Shown here: one piece after another, positions 50,851-64,000 of the stretch | Numbering within the stretch: position 1 is the first letter of the stretch | Layout of the letters: every line of letters begins with the position of its first letter | Assembly: GCA_040954595.2 (NCBI GenBank) | Contig: CM082590.2 | Coordinates: forward strand, 2,232,001-2,296,000 | Direction: 5' to 3' | From: Balanoglossus misakiensis | Lineage: Eukaryota > Animalia > Hemichordata | DNA length: 64,000 bases | Program-made: the position numbers and the translations under genes | The notes under the pieces: generated by a model | Told to the model about the DNA's origin: nothing | Databases searched by the model: none | What the model saw: only the letters and a program-made list of their open reading frames with translations

Positions 50851-53641
50851 GGGAAAAAAAGAAAAAAAAGAGAAAAGAAGAGAAAAAAAGAAAGAAAGAA
50901 AGAAAGAGAGAGAGAAGGAGAAGAGTACCGGTGGGACCTACAAAAAAAAAAGAATGAAAGAATTAAATGCATGAAATCAATGATAATAATAGGATTAATT
51001 TGGCAAGCCAGCCCAACCCAACATACTGCGGGTCAAGGGGTACATATCGTCAATTAATGAAAAGAAAATAAAGTGCAACAAACATTGGCTAGGTCAAAGC
51101 AATTCCTATGGATACCAGAGAGTGCCAATGCTGTATCTGCTATGTATATAGGAAAGCAGATCAAAGGTCACCAAGAGCTCACCCAAAATTGTCAACAAAT
51201 GTTTCTTCCAAAATTATCAGTGTAAAATGAAAAACAAGACTTCTGGCTCTATTGGTTAACCTGGTAATTAGGTGTTCCAGCCCTCAAAATTTGAAGGCGT
51301 TATCTGCTGTGCATGCCAAGGCAGGGAAAATAGGTTAAAGGTAACCAAAGCTAACAAAAATGTCAGAAAAAAATGTGATCGCATACTGGTGAATGTTCAA
51401 GAAAACCCAGACTCAAAGCTTCATTATCTAGTCTACAATTACGTAAGCACATATTTATAAGGTTATCATTGGTCAAGAAATTCAGCAAAAAAATTAAGTC
51501 CAATAGTAGAGCATGTTCATAAAAAATTCAACCTGTAACAATATGGGTAAGCTCAGCATTAGATATTCACATATTTAATAAGCTCAACATTGGTCCAGTG
51601 GATTCCAAATGTAACAAAAAAAGCTAAGTCCCATACTTGTCCATATACATCAAAAACCAAACCTCTAGTGCTATTAGTCTAGTCGCCATAAGATATTCAG
51701 AAAAGAATACAGGTGCCAAACTTAGGACAAAGTTCAATGCCAATATTATCAAAAAAATTGGGTTATGTCCTGGCAGCAGTACTATTCGTGTGAAAAATAA
51801 ATCATCACTGTTTTGCTTTTCAACAAGAGGCATATCCACGAATAATTAAGTTCTGAAAAAAAAATGGATCAAAGTACATGCGAAAGTTGCCAAAAAATGC
51901 AACGTATTCTGGTCATATGGTGACTCGTATCTATAAAAAGAATTGGTGTGCAATCAAAGTTTTTAATCAGAATTCATAAAATCCAATTTGGCTTCAATAA
52001 ACTTTAATTAAGTTCTGAAAGATCTGGATCAAAAGACAAATGAAAGTTGCCTAAAAATTTGTATTATTAAGTGTTGGAAAAACTGGATTAAAGGACATGT
52101 GCAATATGCCAAAAATGGTAACATATTCTGGTCATATAGTGAGTCATATACATATAAATAATGTTTGTGCTATCAATGAGTAGGCCATAAATAGGAAATC
52201 TTAGTTTTAAATCGTTGTTCAGAAAATCCAATTTGGCTCCAATAAGGTTTAACCAATCACAATTCACTTGAAAACTTGATTAGAAAAAGTGTTTTAATGA
52301 TATTTTTCAAAAATCTAATAAGGAATTCTAAGTCACATGACTACTAGCAATATTACAGTCAAACTTTGAACTGCACAGTATATTCGAACTTGATTGTCCC
52401 TGTAGTTTTGGAAAAGAACTGTCATCTTTTAAAGGTTATCAGAAAATCCAATATGGCCACCCTGAAGAAGACAATTAAAGGAACATGCAGCATTACAGGG
52501 ACCAAAGCAGTTAGCATGGTTCCAACAGAAAGCAAACTCTGTATCTGTTGTGGATGCTTAGAAATGGTAGGTAAGCCAGAGGTCACGGAAATTTGTGGCA
52601 ACAAATTTTGACATCAAACTGATCAGTGTTCAACAAAAAAACAGACTTTTATTCTCAATTGGTTAACTAGAAAAAGCTTATGTACACAACTTTTGTGTTA
52701 AAGTTTAATACTTTATTAGGTGTTTAAGGCCTAAAAATCTGAAGGCTGTATCTGCTGTGCAGGCCAGGTTATGGGAAAGTACATCAAAGGTCATTGCCAA
52801 AATTATCAAAATATTTGGGTTATGTCCTGGCAGCAGTAGTACTCTTTGAACAAAATCATGACTGTTGAGCTTTTTATCAAGAGCCATATCCACATAAAAT
52901 TAAGTTATGGAATTACTGGATCAAAGGACATGCGAGAGTCGCCAACAAATTGTTTAATCAAATACTGAAAAAAAACTGGATCAAAGAACATATGAAAGTT
53001 GTCAAAAAATGTAACATATTCTAGTCATATGGTGACTCGTATCCACAGAAAGAATTTGTGTGCTTTCAATGAGTAGGATAAAAAAAGGAATTTTAGCTTT
53101 TAATCGGAGTTCAGAAAATCCAATTTGGCTCTGATAAGGTTAAACCAATCACAATTCACTTGAAAACTTGATTAGAAAAAGATTTTCGTAATTTTTGAAT
53201 GAGATTTTTAAAAAATCCAATAAGGCACCAAAAGTCACATGACCACTAATGATATTTTATCAAACTTTCAACCGCACAGTAAATTAGAACTTGATTGGCC
53301 CTGTAGTTTATGAAAATGTCAACCTTTAAAGCTTATTAGAAAATCCAATATGGCCGCCATGAAGAAGACAATTACAACTAAAAGTAGCATTGGAGGGACC
53401 AAGGTGTTAAGCATGGTTCCAACAGAAAGCAGAGGCTGTGTCGGTTGTGGATGCCCAGAAATGGTAAAGTACGCCAGAGGTGAGGCAAAATGTGCCAACA
53501 AAATTTGATACCAAACTGATCAGTGTCCAACAAAAAGCAGACTTCTACGCTTTATTGGTTAACTTTAAATAGCTCATATACATAATTAGTGTGTTAAAGT
53601 TAACACATGCACTTCATTAGGTGTTCCAGTCCTCTAAATTT

Positions 53642-55585
53642 ACAAGTGACCTATTGGTCAAATGAGCTCTGCTGACCTTAACAGTGTAACCTGGGCGATG
53701 ATATGAATTCCCTAGGTTTTAATTCATAACAATTGTATTCTATTGAACAAAACCAAACATAGACATCACAAGTATTTATCCAAATTCAGCTTGATTCATT
53801 GCACTAAAGAAAGAAAGAATTTAATTCTAAAGAACAACATCAAAAGGAAGTACCAATGTTCTAATTTGCATATTCATGACCCCATCAAAATTCCAATAAA
53901 ACAAAATCAGGTAGGGGCACCATAACACACATTCTACCAAATTTCAACTCCATCGTACATGTATTTAGGGAGAAGATTTTTTTACCAAAAATTATATTTT
54001 TAGATCTAATTTGCATATTTATGACCCCATCATATCCAAATTAGCAAAATCAGGTAGAGGCACCATAACACACATTCCTACTAAATTTCAGCGCCATCGT
54101 ACATGTAGTTAGGGAGAAGAAGATTTTTGACCAAAAATTCTATTTTTAGATCTAATTTGCATATTTATGACCCCATCATATCCAAATTAGCAAAATCAGG
54201 TAGGGGCACCATAACACACATTCCTACTAAATTTCAGCGCCATCGTACATGTAGTTAGGGAGAAGAAGATTTTTGACCAAAAATTCTATTTTTAGATCTA
54301 ATTTGCATATTTATGACCCCATCATATCCAAATTAGCAAAATCAGGTAGGGGCACCATAACACACATTCCTACTAAATTTCAGCGCCATCGTACATGTAG
54401 TTAGGGAGAAGAAGATTTTTGACCAAAAATTCTATTTTTAGATCTAATTTGCATATTTATGACCCAATCAAATCCAAATTAACAAAATCAGGTAGGGACA
54501 CTATAACACACATTCCTACTAAATTTCAGCTCCATCGTACAAATAGTTAGGGAGAAGAAGATTTTTTACCAAAAATTATATTTTTAGATCTAATTTACAT
54601 ATTCATGACCCGATCATATCCAAATTTATAAAATCAGGTACGGGCATCATAACACACATTCCTACCATATTTCAGCTCCATCGTACATGTAGTTAGGGAG
54701 AAGAAAATTTTTGACCAAAAATTATATTTTTAGATCTAATTTGCATATTTATGACCCCATCAAATCCAAATTTACAAAATCAGGTAGGGGCACCATAACA
54801 CACATTCCTACCAAATTTCAGCTCCATTGTACATGTAGTTATGGAGAAGAAGATTTTTTACCAAAATTCTATTTTTAGATCTAATTTGCATATTTATGAC
54901 CCCATCAAATCCAAATTTACAAAATCAGGTAGGGGCACCATAACACACATTCCTGCCAAATTTCAGGTCCATTGCACATGTAGTTGTGGAGAAGAAGATT
55001 TTTACCAAAAGTTCTATTTTTAGATCTAATTTGCATATTCATGACCCCATCAAATCCAAATTAACAAAATCAGTTAAAGGCACCATAACACATATTCCAA
55101 CCAAATTTCAGCTAAATATGCCCAGTTGTTTTAAAGAAGAAGATTGAAATACAAAAAGTTGACGGACGACAGACGACTGACGACAGACGACGGACGACGG
55201 ACGGACACTTATCAACCTACTGCTACAGCTCGGCTGACACAAGTGACAGCAGAGCTAAAAATCAGGTAGGGACACCATAACACACATTCCTACCAAATTT
55301 CAGCTCCATCGTACATGTAGTTAGGGAGAAGAAGATTTTTTTACCAAAATTTTTATTTTTAGATCTAATTTGCATATTCATGACCCGATCAAATCCAAAT
55401 TAACAAAATCAGGTAAGGGCACCATAACACACATTCTAACCAAATTTCAGCTAAATATGCCAAGTAGTTTTATAGAAGAAGATTGAAATACCAAAAGTTG
55501 ACGGACGACGGATGACAGACGACGGACAGACATTTATCAACCTACTGCTACAGCTCGGCTGACACAAGTGACAGCAGAGCTAATA
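53642..55585 (-). mobile_element. Helentron-associated non-autonomous element (HINE/DINE-1-like) with an internal 146-bp tandem array and a duplicated 5' module
   Basis: On the - strand: TTAGCTCTGCTG palindromic 5' end, a (CGTC/TGTC)n microsatellite, about 10 core repeats of 146 bp (TAGATCTAATTTGCATAT at 54001, 54147, 54293), subterminal IR CAGCAGAGCT, stem-loop TGACC-AATA-GGTCA and terminal CTTGT. The empty site CCTCTAAATTTA|AAAGCTGTATC is seen near 57500. Confidence 0.85.
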
Positions 55586-58444
55586 AAAGCTGTATCTGCT
55601 GTGCATGCCAAGTTTTGGAAATGTAGATCAAGGGTCATTGCCAAAATTATCAAAATATTTGGGTTATGTCCTGCCAGAGTAGTACTCATGTGAACAGAAT
55701 CATGACTGTTGTGCTTTTTAACAAGAGACATATCAATGTACAATTAAGTTCTGAAAGATCTTGATCAAAGGGAAAATGGAAGTTGCAAAAAATTGTATAA
55801 TTAAGTGTTAAAAAAAGGATCAATGGACATGTGAAAGTTGACAAAAATTTTTAACATTCTGGTCTTATGTTGACTCTATCCATAAAAAGGCTTGGTGTGC
55901 TATCATTCAGTAGCCTACAAATAGGAAATTTTAGTTTTTAATCGGAGTTCAGAAAATCCAATTAGGCTTCAATAAGGTTTAACCAATCACATTTTACGCG
56001 AAAGCGTGATTAAAAAAAGATTTTGGAAATTTTTCATGGGATTTTTCAAAAATCCATAATAAATCCAAATTCACATGAACACTAACAATATTATTTTAAA
56101 AAATTGGAACGTACAGTAAATTAGAACTTGATTGGCCTTGTAATTTTTGAAAAAAAATGTCAACTTTTAAAGGTTATCAGAAAATCCAATATGGCCACCA
56201 TGAAGAAGACAATTAAAAGAACATGCAGCATCACAGGGGCCAAAGCAGTTAGCATGGTTCCAACAGAAAGCAAACTCTGTATCTGTTATGGATTCTTAGA
56301 ATGGTAGGTAAGCCAGAGGTCACGGAAATTTGTGCCAACAAATTTTGATATCAAACTGATAAGTGTCCAACAAGAACCAAACTTCTAAGCTCAATTGGTT
56401 AACTTTAAATAGGATTTAAGTAGATCATGGCCAAAATTATCAAAATATTTGGGTTATGTCCAGGCAGCAATAGTACTCATGTGTACAAAATCATGACTGT
56501 TGTGCTTTTTAACAAGAGACATATCCAAGTAGATCAAGGGTCATGGCCAAAATTATCAAAATATTTGGGTTATGTCCTGGCAGCAATAAAACTCATGTGA
56601 ACAAAATCATGACTGTTGTGCTTTTTAACAAGAGACATATCCAAGTAGATCAATGGTCATTGCCAAAATTATCAAAATATTTGGGTTATGTCCTGGCAGC
56701 AGTAGTACTCTATGAACAAAATCATGACTGTTGAGCTTTTTATCAAGAGCCATATCCACATAAAATTAAGTTATGGAATTACTGGGTCAAAGGACATGCG
56801 AGAGTTGCCAACAAATTGTTTAATCAAGTTTTGAAAAAACTGGATCAAAGGACATGTGAAAGTTGCCAAAAAATGTAACGTATTCTAGTCATATGGCGAC
56901 TCGTATCCATAAAATTAATTTGTGTGCTTTCAATGAGTAGGCTAGAAATAGGAAATCTTAGTTTTTAATCAGTGTTCAGAAAAATCCAATTTGGCTCCAA
57001 TAAGGTGACACCAATCACAATTCACTTGAAAACTTGATTAGAAAAAGATGTTCTGTAATTTTTTAATGAGATTTTTAAACAATCCAATTAGGCACCCAAA
57101 GTCACATGACCACTAATGATATTTTTGTCAAACTTTCAACCCTACAGTAAACTAGAATTTGATTTGCCCTGTAGTTTATGAAAATGTCAACTTTTAAAGG
57201 TTATTAGAAAATCCAATATGGCCACCATGAAGAAGACAATTAGAGCTACAAGCAGCATTGGAGTGGCCAAAGCGGTTAGCATGGTTCCAACAGAAAGCAA
57301 AGGCTGTATCTGTTGTGGATGCCTAGAAATGGTAAAGTATGCCAGAGGTGATGCAAAATGTGCCAACAAAATTTGATACCAAACTGATCAATGTCCAACA
57401 AAAAGCAGACTTCTACGCTTTATTAGTTAACTTTAAATAGCTTATATACATAATTATTGTGTTAAAGTTAATACATGTACTTCATTAGGTGTTCCAAGCC
57501 TCTAAATTTAAAAGCTGTATCTGCTGTACATGCCAAGTTATGGGAATGTAGATCAAAAGTTACTGCCAAAATTATCAAAATATTTGGGTTATGTCCTGGC
57601 AGCAGTAGTACTCATGTGAACAAAATCACGACTGTTGTGCTTTTTAACAAGAGGCATATCAACGTAGAATTAAGTTCTGAAAGATCTGGATCAAAAGACG
57701 AATGAAAGTTGCAAAAAAATTGTATAATTAAGTGTTGAAAAAATGGATGAAAGGACATGTGAAAGTTGATAAAAATTGTTTAACATATTCTGGACTTATG
57801 GTGACTCGTATCCATAAAAAGGATTGGTGTGCTATCATTCAGTAGCCTTGAAATAGGAAATTTTAGTTTTTAATCGGAGTTCAGACAATCCAATTTGACT
57901 TCAATAAGGTTTAACCAATCACAATTCACTTGAAAGCTTGATTAAAAAAGATTTTGGAAATTTTTCATGAGTTTTTGAAAAAATCCATAATGAATCCAAA
58001 TTCACATGACCACTATAAATATAATTGAAAAAAAAAATGGAACGGCCAGTAAATTAGAACTTGATTGGCCCTGCAGTTTAGAAAAAAATGTCCACTTTTA
58101 GAGATTATCAGAAAATCCAATATGGCCGCCATGAAGAAGACCCAACTATAAGCAGCATTGGAGTGACCAAAGTGGTTAGCATGGTTCCAACAGAAAGCAA
58201 AGGCTGTATCTGTTATGGATGCTGAGAAATGGTAAGTAAGCCAGAGGTCAGGCAAATTTGTGCCAACAAATTTTGACATCAAACTGATAAGTCTCCAACA
58301 AGAACCAAACTTCTAAGCTCAATTGGTTAACTTTAAATAGGATAAGTACATAATGATTGTGTTAAAAATTAATACTTCATTAGGTGTTCCAGTCCTCTAA
58401 ATTTGAAAGCCGTATCTGCTGTGCATGGCAAGTTATGGGAAAGA

Positions 58445-60500
58445 AGATCATGGCCAAAATTATCAAAATATTTGGGTTATGTCCTGGCAGCAATAGTACT
58501 CATGTGTACAAAATCATGACTGTTGTGCTTTTTAACAAGAGACATATCCAAGTAGATCAAGGGTCATGGCCAAAATTATCAAAATATTTGGGTTATGTCC
58601 TGGCAACAATAAAACTCATGTGAACAAAATCATGACTGTTGTGCTTTTTAACAAGAGACATATCCAAGTAGATCAAGGGTCATGGCCGAAATAATCAAAA
58701 TATTTGGGTTATGTCCTGGCAGCAATAAAATTCATATGAACAAAATCATGACTGTTGTGCTTTTTAACAAGAGACATATCCAAGTAGATCAAGGGTCATT
58801 GCCAAAATTATCCAAATATTTGGGTTATGTCCTGGCAGCAATAAAACTCATGTGAACAAAATCATGACTATTGTGCTTTTTAACAAGAGACATATCCAAG
58901 TAGATCAAGGGTCATTGCCAAAATGATCAAAATATATGGGTTATGTCCTGGCAGCAATAAAACTCATGTGAACAAAATCATGACTGTTGTGCTTTTTAAC
59001 AAGAGACATATCCAAGTAGATCAAGGGTCATTGCCAAAATTATCAAAATATTTGGGTTATGTCCTGGCAGCAATAAAACTCATGTGAACAAAATCATGAC
59101 TGTTGTGCTTTTTAACAAGAGACATATCAAAGTAGATCAAGGGTCATTGCCAAAATTATCAAAATATTTGGGTTATGTCCAGGCACCAATAGTACTCATG
59201 TGAACAAAATCATGACTGTTGTGCTTTTTAACAAGAGACATATCCAAGTAGATCAAGGGTCATTGCCAAAATTATCAAAATATTTGGGTTATGTCCAGGC
59301 AGCAATAGTACTCATGTGAACAAAATCATGACTGTTGTGCTTTTTAACAAGAGACATATCCAAGTAGATCAAGGGTCATTGCCAAAATTATCAAAATATT
59401 TGGGTTATGTCCAGGCAGCAATATTACTCATGTGAACAAAATCATGACTGTTGTGCTTTTTAACAAGAGACATATCCAAGTAGATCAAGGGTCATTACCA
59501 AGATTATCAAAATATTTGGGTTATGTCCTGGCAGCAATAAAACTCATGTGAACAAAATCATGACTGTTGTGCCTTTTAACAAGAGACATATCCAAGTAGA
59601 TCAAGGGTCATTGCCAAAATTATCAAAATATTTGGGTTATGTCCTGGCAGCAATAAAACTCATGTGAACAAAATCATGACTGTTGTGCTTTTTAACAAGA
59701 GACATATCCAAGTAGATCAAGGGTCATTGCCATGATTATCAAAATATTTGGGTTATGTCCTGGCAGCAATAAAACTCATGTGAACAAAATCATGACTGTT
59801 GTGCTTTTAACAAGAGACATATCCAAGTAGATCAAGCGTCATTGCCAAAATTATCAAAATATTTGGGTTATGTCCAGGCAGCAATAGTACTCATGTGAAC
59901 AAAATCATGACTGTTGTGCTTTTTAACAAGAGACATATCCAAGTAGATCAAGGGTCATTACCAAGATTATCAAAATATTTGGATTATGTCCTGGCAGCAA
60001 TAAAACTCATGTGAACAAAATCATGACTGTTGTGCTTTTTAACAAGAGACATATCCAAGTAGATCAAGGGTCATTGCCAAAGTTATCAAAATATTTGGGT
60101 TATGTCCTGGCAGCGACAAAACTCATGTGAACAAAATCATGACTGTTGTGCTTTTTAACAAGAGACATATCCAAGTAGATCAAGGGTCATGGCCAAAATT
60201 ATCAAAATATTTGGGTTATGTCCTGGCAACAATAAAACTCATGTGAACAAAATCATGACTGTTGTGCTTTTTAACAAGAGACATATCCAAGGGATCAAGG
60301 GTCATTACCAAGATTATCAAAATATTTGGGTTATGTCCTGGCAGCAATAAAACTCATGTGAACAAAATCATGACTGTTGTGCTTTTTAACAAGAGACATA
60401 TCCAAGTAGATCAAGGGTCATTGCCAAAATTATCAAAATATTTGGGTTATGTCCTGGCAGCAGTAGTACTCTTTGAACAAAATCATGACTGTTGAGCTTT
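58445..60500. repeat. 116-bp tandem array (~18 near-identical units), with shorter arrays at ~56420-56760 and ~62480-63340
   Basis: AGTAGATCAAGGGTCA starts at 58551, 58667 and 58783, giving a period of 116. The unit is a sub-segment of the 0.9-kb macro-repeat. Confidence 0.95.
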
Positions 60501-61046
60501 TTATCAAGAGCCATATCCACATAAAATTAAGTTATGGAATTACTGGATCAAAGGACATGCGAGAGTCGCCAACAAATTGTTTAATCAAATACTGAAAAAA
60601 AACTGGATCAAAGAACATATGAAAGTTGTCAAAAAATGTAACATATTCTAGTCATATGGTGACTCGTATCCACAGAAAGAATTTGTGTGCTTTCAATGAG
60701 TAGGATAAAAAAAGGAATTTTAGCTTTTAATCGGAGTTCAGAAAATCCAATTTGGCTCTGATAAGGTTAAACCAATCACAATTCACTTGAAAACTTGATT
60801 AGAAAAAGATTTTCGTAATTTTTGAATGAGATTTTTAAAAAATCCAATAAGGCACCAAAAGTCACATGACCACTAATGATATTTTATCAAACTTTCAACC
60901 GCACAGTAAATTAGAACTTGATTGGCCCTGTAGTTTATGAAAATGTCAACCTTTAAAGCTTATTAGAAAATCCAATATGGCCGCCATGAAGAAGACAATT
61001 ACAACTAAAAGTAGCATTGGAGGGACCAAGGTTCCAACAGAAAGCA

Positions 61047-61550
61047 GACCCCATCAAAATTCCAATTAACAAAATCAGGTAGGGGCACCATACCACACAT
61101 TCCTACCAATTTTCAGCTCCATCGTACATGTAGTTAGGGAGAAGAAGATTTGTTTACCAAAAATTTTATTTTTAGATCTAATTTGCATATTCATGACCCG
61201 ATCAAATCCAAATTAACAAAATTAGGTAGGGACACCATAACACACATTCCTACCAAATTTCAGCTCCATCGTACATGTAGTTAGGGAGAAGATTTTTTTA
61301 CCAAAAATTTTATTTTTAGATCTAATTTGCATATTCATGACCCGATCAAATCCAAATTAACAAAATCAGGTAAGGGCACCATAACACACATTCCAACCAA
61401 ATTTCAGCTAAATATGCCAAGTAGTTTTATAGAAGATAAGATTGAAATACCAAAAGTTGACGGACGACGGATGACGGACGACAGACGACGGACAGACATT
61501 TATCAACCTACTGCTACAGCTCGGCTGACACAAGTGACAGCAGAGCTAAT
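61047..61550 (-). mobile_element. Second, 3'-deleted copy of the same HINE
   Basis: Same 5' palindrome, microsatellite and about 2.7 core repeats, with the same right-hand flank as 55585. The left side is fused abruptly to macro-repeat sequence at ~61047. Confidence 0.8.
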
Positions 61551-64000
61551 AAAAGCTGTATCTGCTGTGCATGCCAAGTTTTGGAAATGTAGATCAAGGG
61601 TCATTGCCAAAATTATCAAAATATTTGGGTTATGTCCTGCCAGAGTAGTACTCATGTGAACAAAATCATGACTGTTGTGCTTTTTAACAAGAGACATATC
61701 AATGTACAATTAAGTTCTGAAAGATCTTGATCAAAGGGAAAATGAAAGTTGCAAAAAATTGTATAATTAAGTGTTAAAAAAAGGATCAATGGACATGTGA
61801 AAGTTGACAAATTTTTTTAACATTCTTGTCTTATGTTGACTCTATCCATAAAAAGGCTTGGTGTGCTATCATTCAGTAGCCTACAAATAGGAAATTTTAG
61901 TTTTTAATCGGAGTTCAGAAAATCCAATTAGGCTTCAATAAGGTTTAACCAATCACAATTTACGCGAAAGCTTGATTAAAAAAAGATTTTGGAAATTTTT
62001 CATGGTATTTTTCAAAAATCCATAATAAATCCAAATTCACATGAACACTAACAATATTATTTTAAAAAATTGGAACGTACAGTAAATTAGAACTTGATTG
62101 GCCTTGTAATTTTTGAAAAAAAATGTCAACTTTTAAAGGTTATCAGAAAATCCAATATGGCCACCATGAAGAAGACAATTAAAAGAACATGCAGCATCAC
62201 AGGGGCCAAAGCAGTTAGCATGGTTCCAACAGAAAGCAAACTCTGTATCTGTTATGGATTCTTAGAATGGTAGGTAAGCCAGAGGTCACGGAAATTTGTG
62301 CCAACAAATTTTGATATCAAACTGATAAGTGTCCAACAAGAACCAAACTTCTAAGCTCAATTGGTTAACTTTAAATAGGATAAGTACATAATGATTGTGT
62401 TAAAGATTAATACTTCATTAGGTGTTCCAGTCCTCTATATCTGAAAGCCATATCTGCTGTGCATGTCAAATTATGGGAAAGTAGATCATGGCCAAAATTA
62501 TCAAAATATTTGGGTTATGTCCAGGCAGCAATAGTACTCATGTGTACAAAATCATGACTGTTGTGCTTTTTAACAAGAGACATATGCAAGTAGATCAAGG
62601 GTTTGATATCAAACTGATAAGTGTCCAACAAGAACCAAACTTCTAAGCTCAATTGGTTAACTTTAAATAGGATAAGTACATAATGATTGTGTTAAAGATT
62701 AATACTTCATTAGGTGTTCCAGTCCTCTATATTTGAAAGCCATATCTGCTGTGCATGTCAAATTATGGGAAAGTAGATCATGGCCAAAATTATCAAAATA
62801 TTTGGGTTATGTCCAGGCAGCAATAGTACTCATGTGTACAAAATCATGACTGTTGTGCTTTTTAACAAGAGACATATGCAAGTAGATCAAGGGTCATGGC
62901 CAAAATTATCAAAATATTTGGGTTATGTCCTGGCAGCAATAAAACTCATGTGAACAAAATCATGACTGTTGTGCTTTTTAACAAGAGACATATCCAAGTA
63001 GATCAAGGGTCATGGCCAAAATTATCAAAATATTTGGGTTATGTCCTGGCAGCAATAAAACTCATGTGAACAAAATCATGACTGTTGTGCTTTTTAACAA
63101 GAGACATATCCAAGTAGATCAAGGGTCATTGCCAAAATTATCAAAATATTTGGGTTATGTCCTGGCAGCAATAAAACTCATGTGAACAAAATCATGACTG
63201 TTGTGCTTTTTAACAAGAGACATATCCAAGTAGATCAAGGGTCATTGCCAAAATTATCAAAATATTTGGGTTATGTCCTGGCAGCAGTAGTACTCTTTGA
63301 ACAAAATCATGACTGTTTAGCTTTTTATCAAGAGCCATATCCACATAAAATTTAGTTATGGAATTACTGGGTCAAAGGACATGCGAGAGTTGCCAACAAA
63401 TTGTTTAATCAAGTTTTGAAAAAACTGGATCAAAGGACATGTGAAAGTTGCCAAAAAATGTAACGTATTCTAGTCATATGGCGACTCGTATCCATAAAAT
63501 TAATTTGTGTGCTTTCAATGAGTAGGCTAGAAATAGAAAATCTTAGTTTTTAATCAGTGTTTAGAAAAATCCAATTTGGCTCCAATAAGGTGACACCAAT
63601 CACAATTCACTTGAAAACTTGATTAGAAAAAGATGTTCTGTAATTTTTTAATGAGATTTTTAAACAATCCAATTAGGCACCCAAAGTCACTTGACCACTA
63701 ATGATATTTTTGTCAAACTTTCAACCCTACAGTAAACTAGAATTTGATTGGCCCTGTAGTTTATGAAAATGTCAACTTTTAAAGGTTATTAGAAATTCCA
63801 ATATGGCCACCATGAAGAAGACAATTAGAGCTACAAGCAGCATTGGAGTGGCCAAAGCGGTTAGCATGGTTCCAACAGAAAGCAAATGCTGCATCTGTTG
63901 TGGATGCCTAGAAATGGTAAAGTATGCCAGAGGTGATGCAAAATGTGCCAACAAAATTTGATACCAAACTGATCAGTGTCCAACAAAAAGCAGACTTCTA

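Larger units (their letters stand above)
51700..64000. repeat. Complex ~0.9-kb macro-repeat array (at least 8 diverged units), running off the right edge
   Basis: The anchor AATCCAATATGGCC(A/G)CC(A/C)TGAAGAAGAC recurs near 52450, 53345, 56185, 57215, 58100, 60975, 62155 and 63800, with uninterrupted spacing ~885-895 bp. The left boundary is fuzzy, with a weaker match back to ~51100. Confidence 0.9.

Noticed and set aside
50605-51057. 150-aa ORF with 18-aa repeats and a Lys/Arg/Glu tract
   Set aside because: It is a 54-bp minisatellite plus a purine-rich simple repeat with a non-ATG start.
51700-64000. Tandem exons within the 0.9-kb macro-repeat (ATGGCC...GAAATG|GTAAGT-like segment)
   Set aside because: The donor-like site and reading frame are not conserved across units and the translations show no domain; RNA-seq would be needed to revisit this.

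Overview
AT-rich, repeat-dense metazoan (invertebrate-type) genomic DNA with spliceosomal introns and no recognisable host gene. The main structure is a 19.1-kb Kolobok-superfamily DNA transposon (6890-25997; perfect 28-bp TIRs, TTAA TSD). It carries two convergent intron-containing genes whose frames can be rebuilt by hand without any lesion: a 14-exon ~792-aa DDE transposase (- strand) and a 4-exon ~280-aa KolX-type protein (+ strand) with an RG-rich N-terminus and a P2X7-ballast-like Cys/Zn domain. Their stop codons are only 32 bp apart. Five other elements are nested inside it, all in introns: a 5'-truncated CR1/L2-group LINE, a full-length Gypsy LTR element with identical LTRs, a fold-back MITE built from two copies of the Kolobok right end, a second TTAA MITE and a hairpin element. 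The rest of the window is tandem DNA with higher-order structure: a 32-bp minisatellite (2272-bp higher-order period), a ~194-bp satellite (~6.2-kb higher-order period), and a ~0.9-kb macro-repeat that has spawned a 116-bp array and hosts Helentron-type (HINE) elements with 146-bp arrays. All coordinates and exon models were read by eye, no searches were run, and family names rest on recognised motifs.
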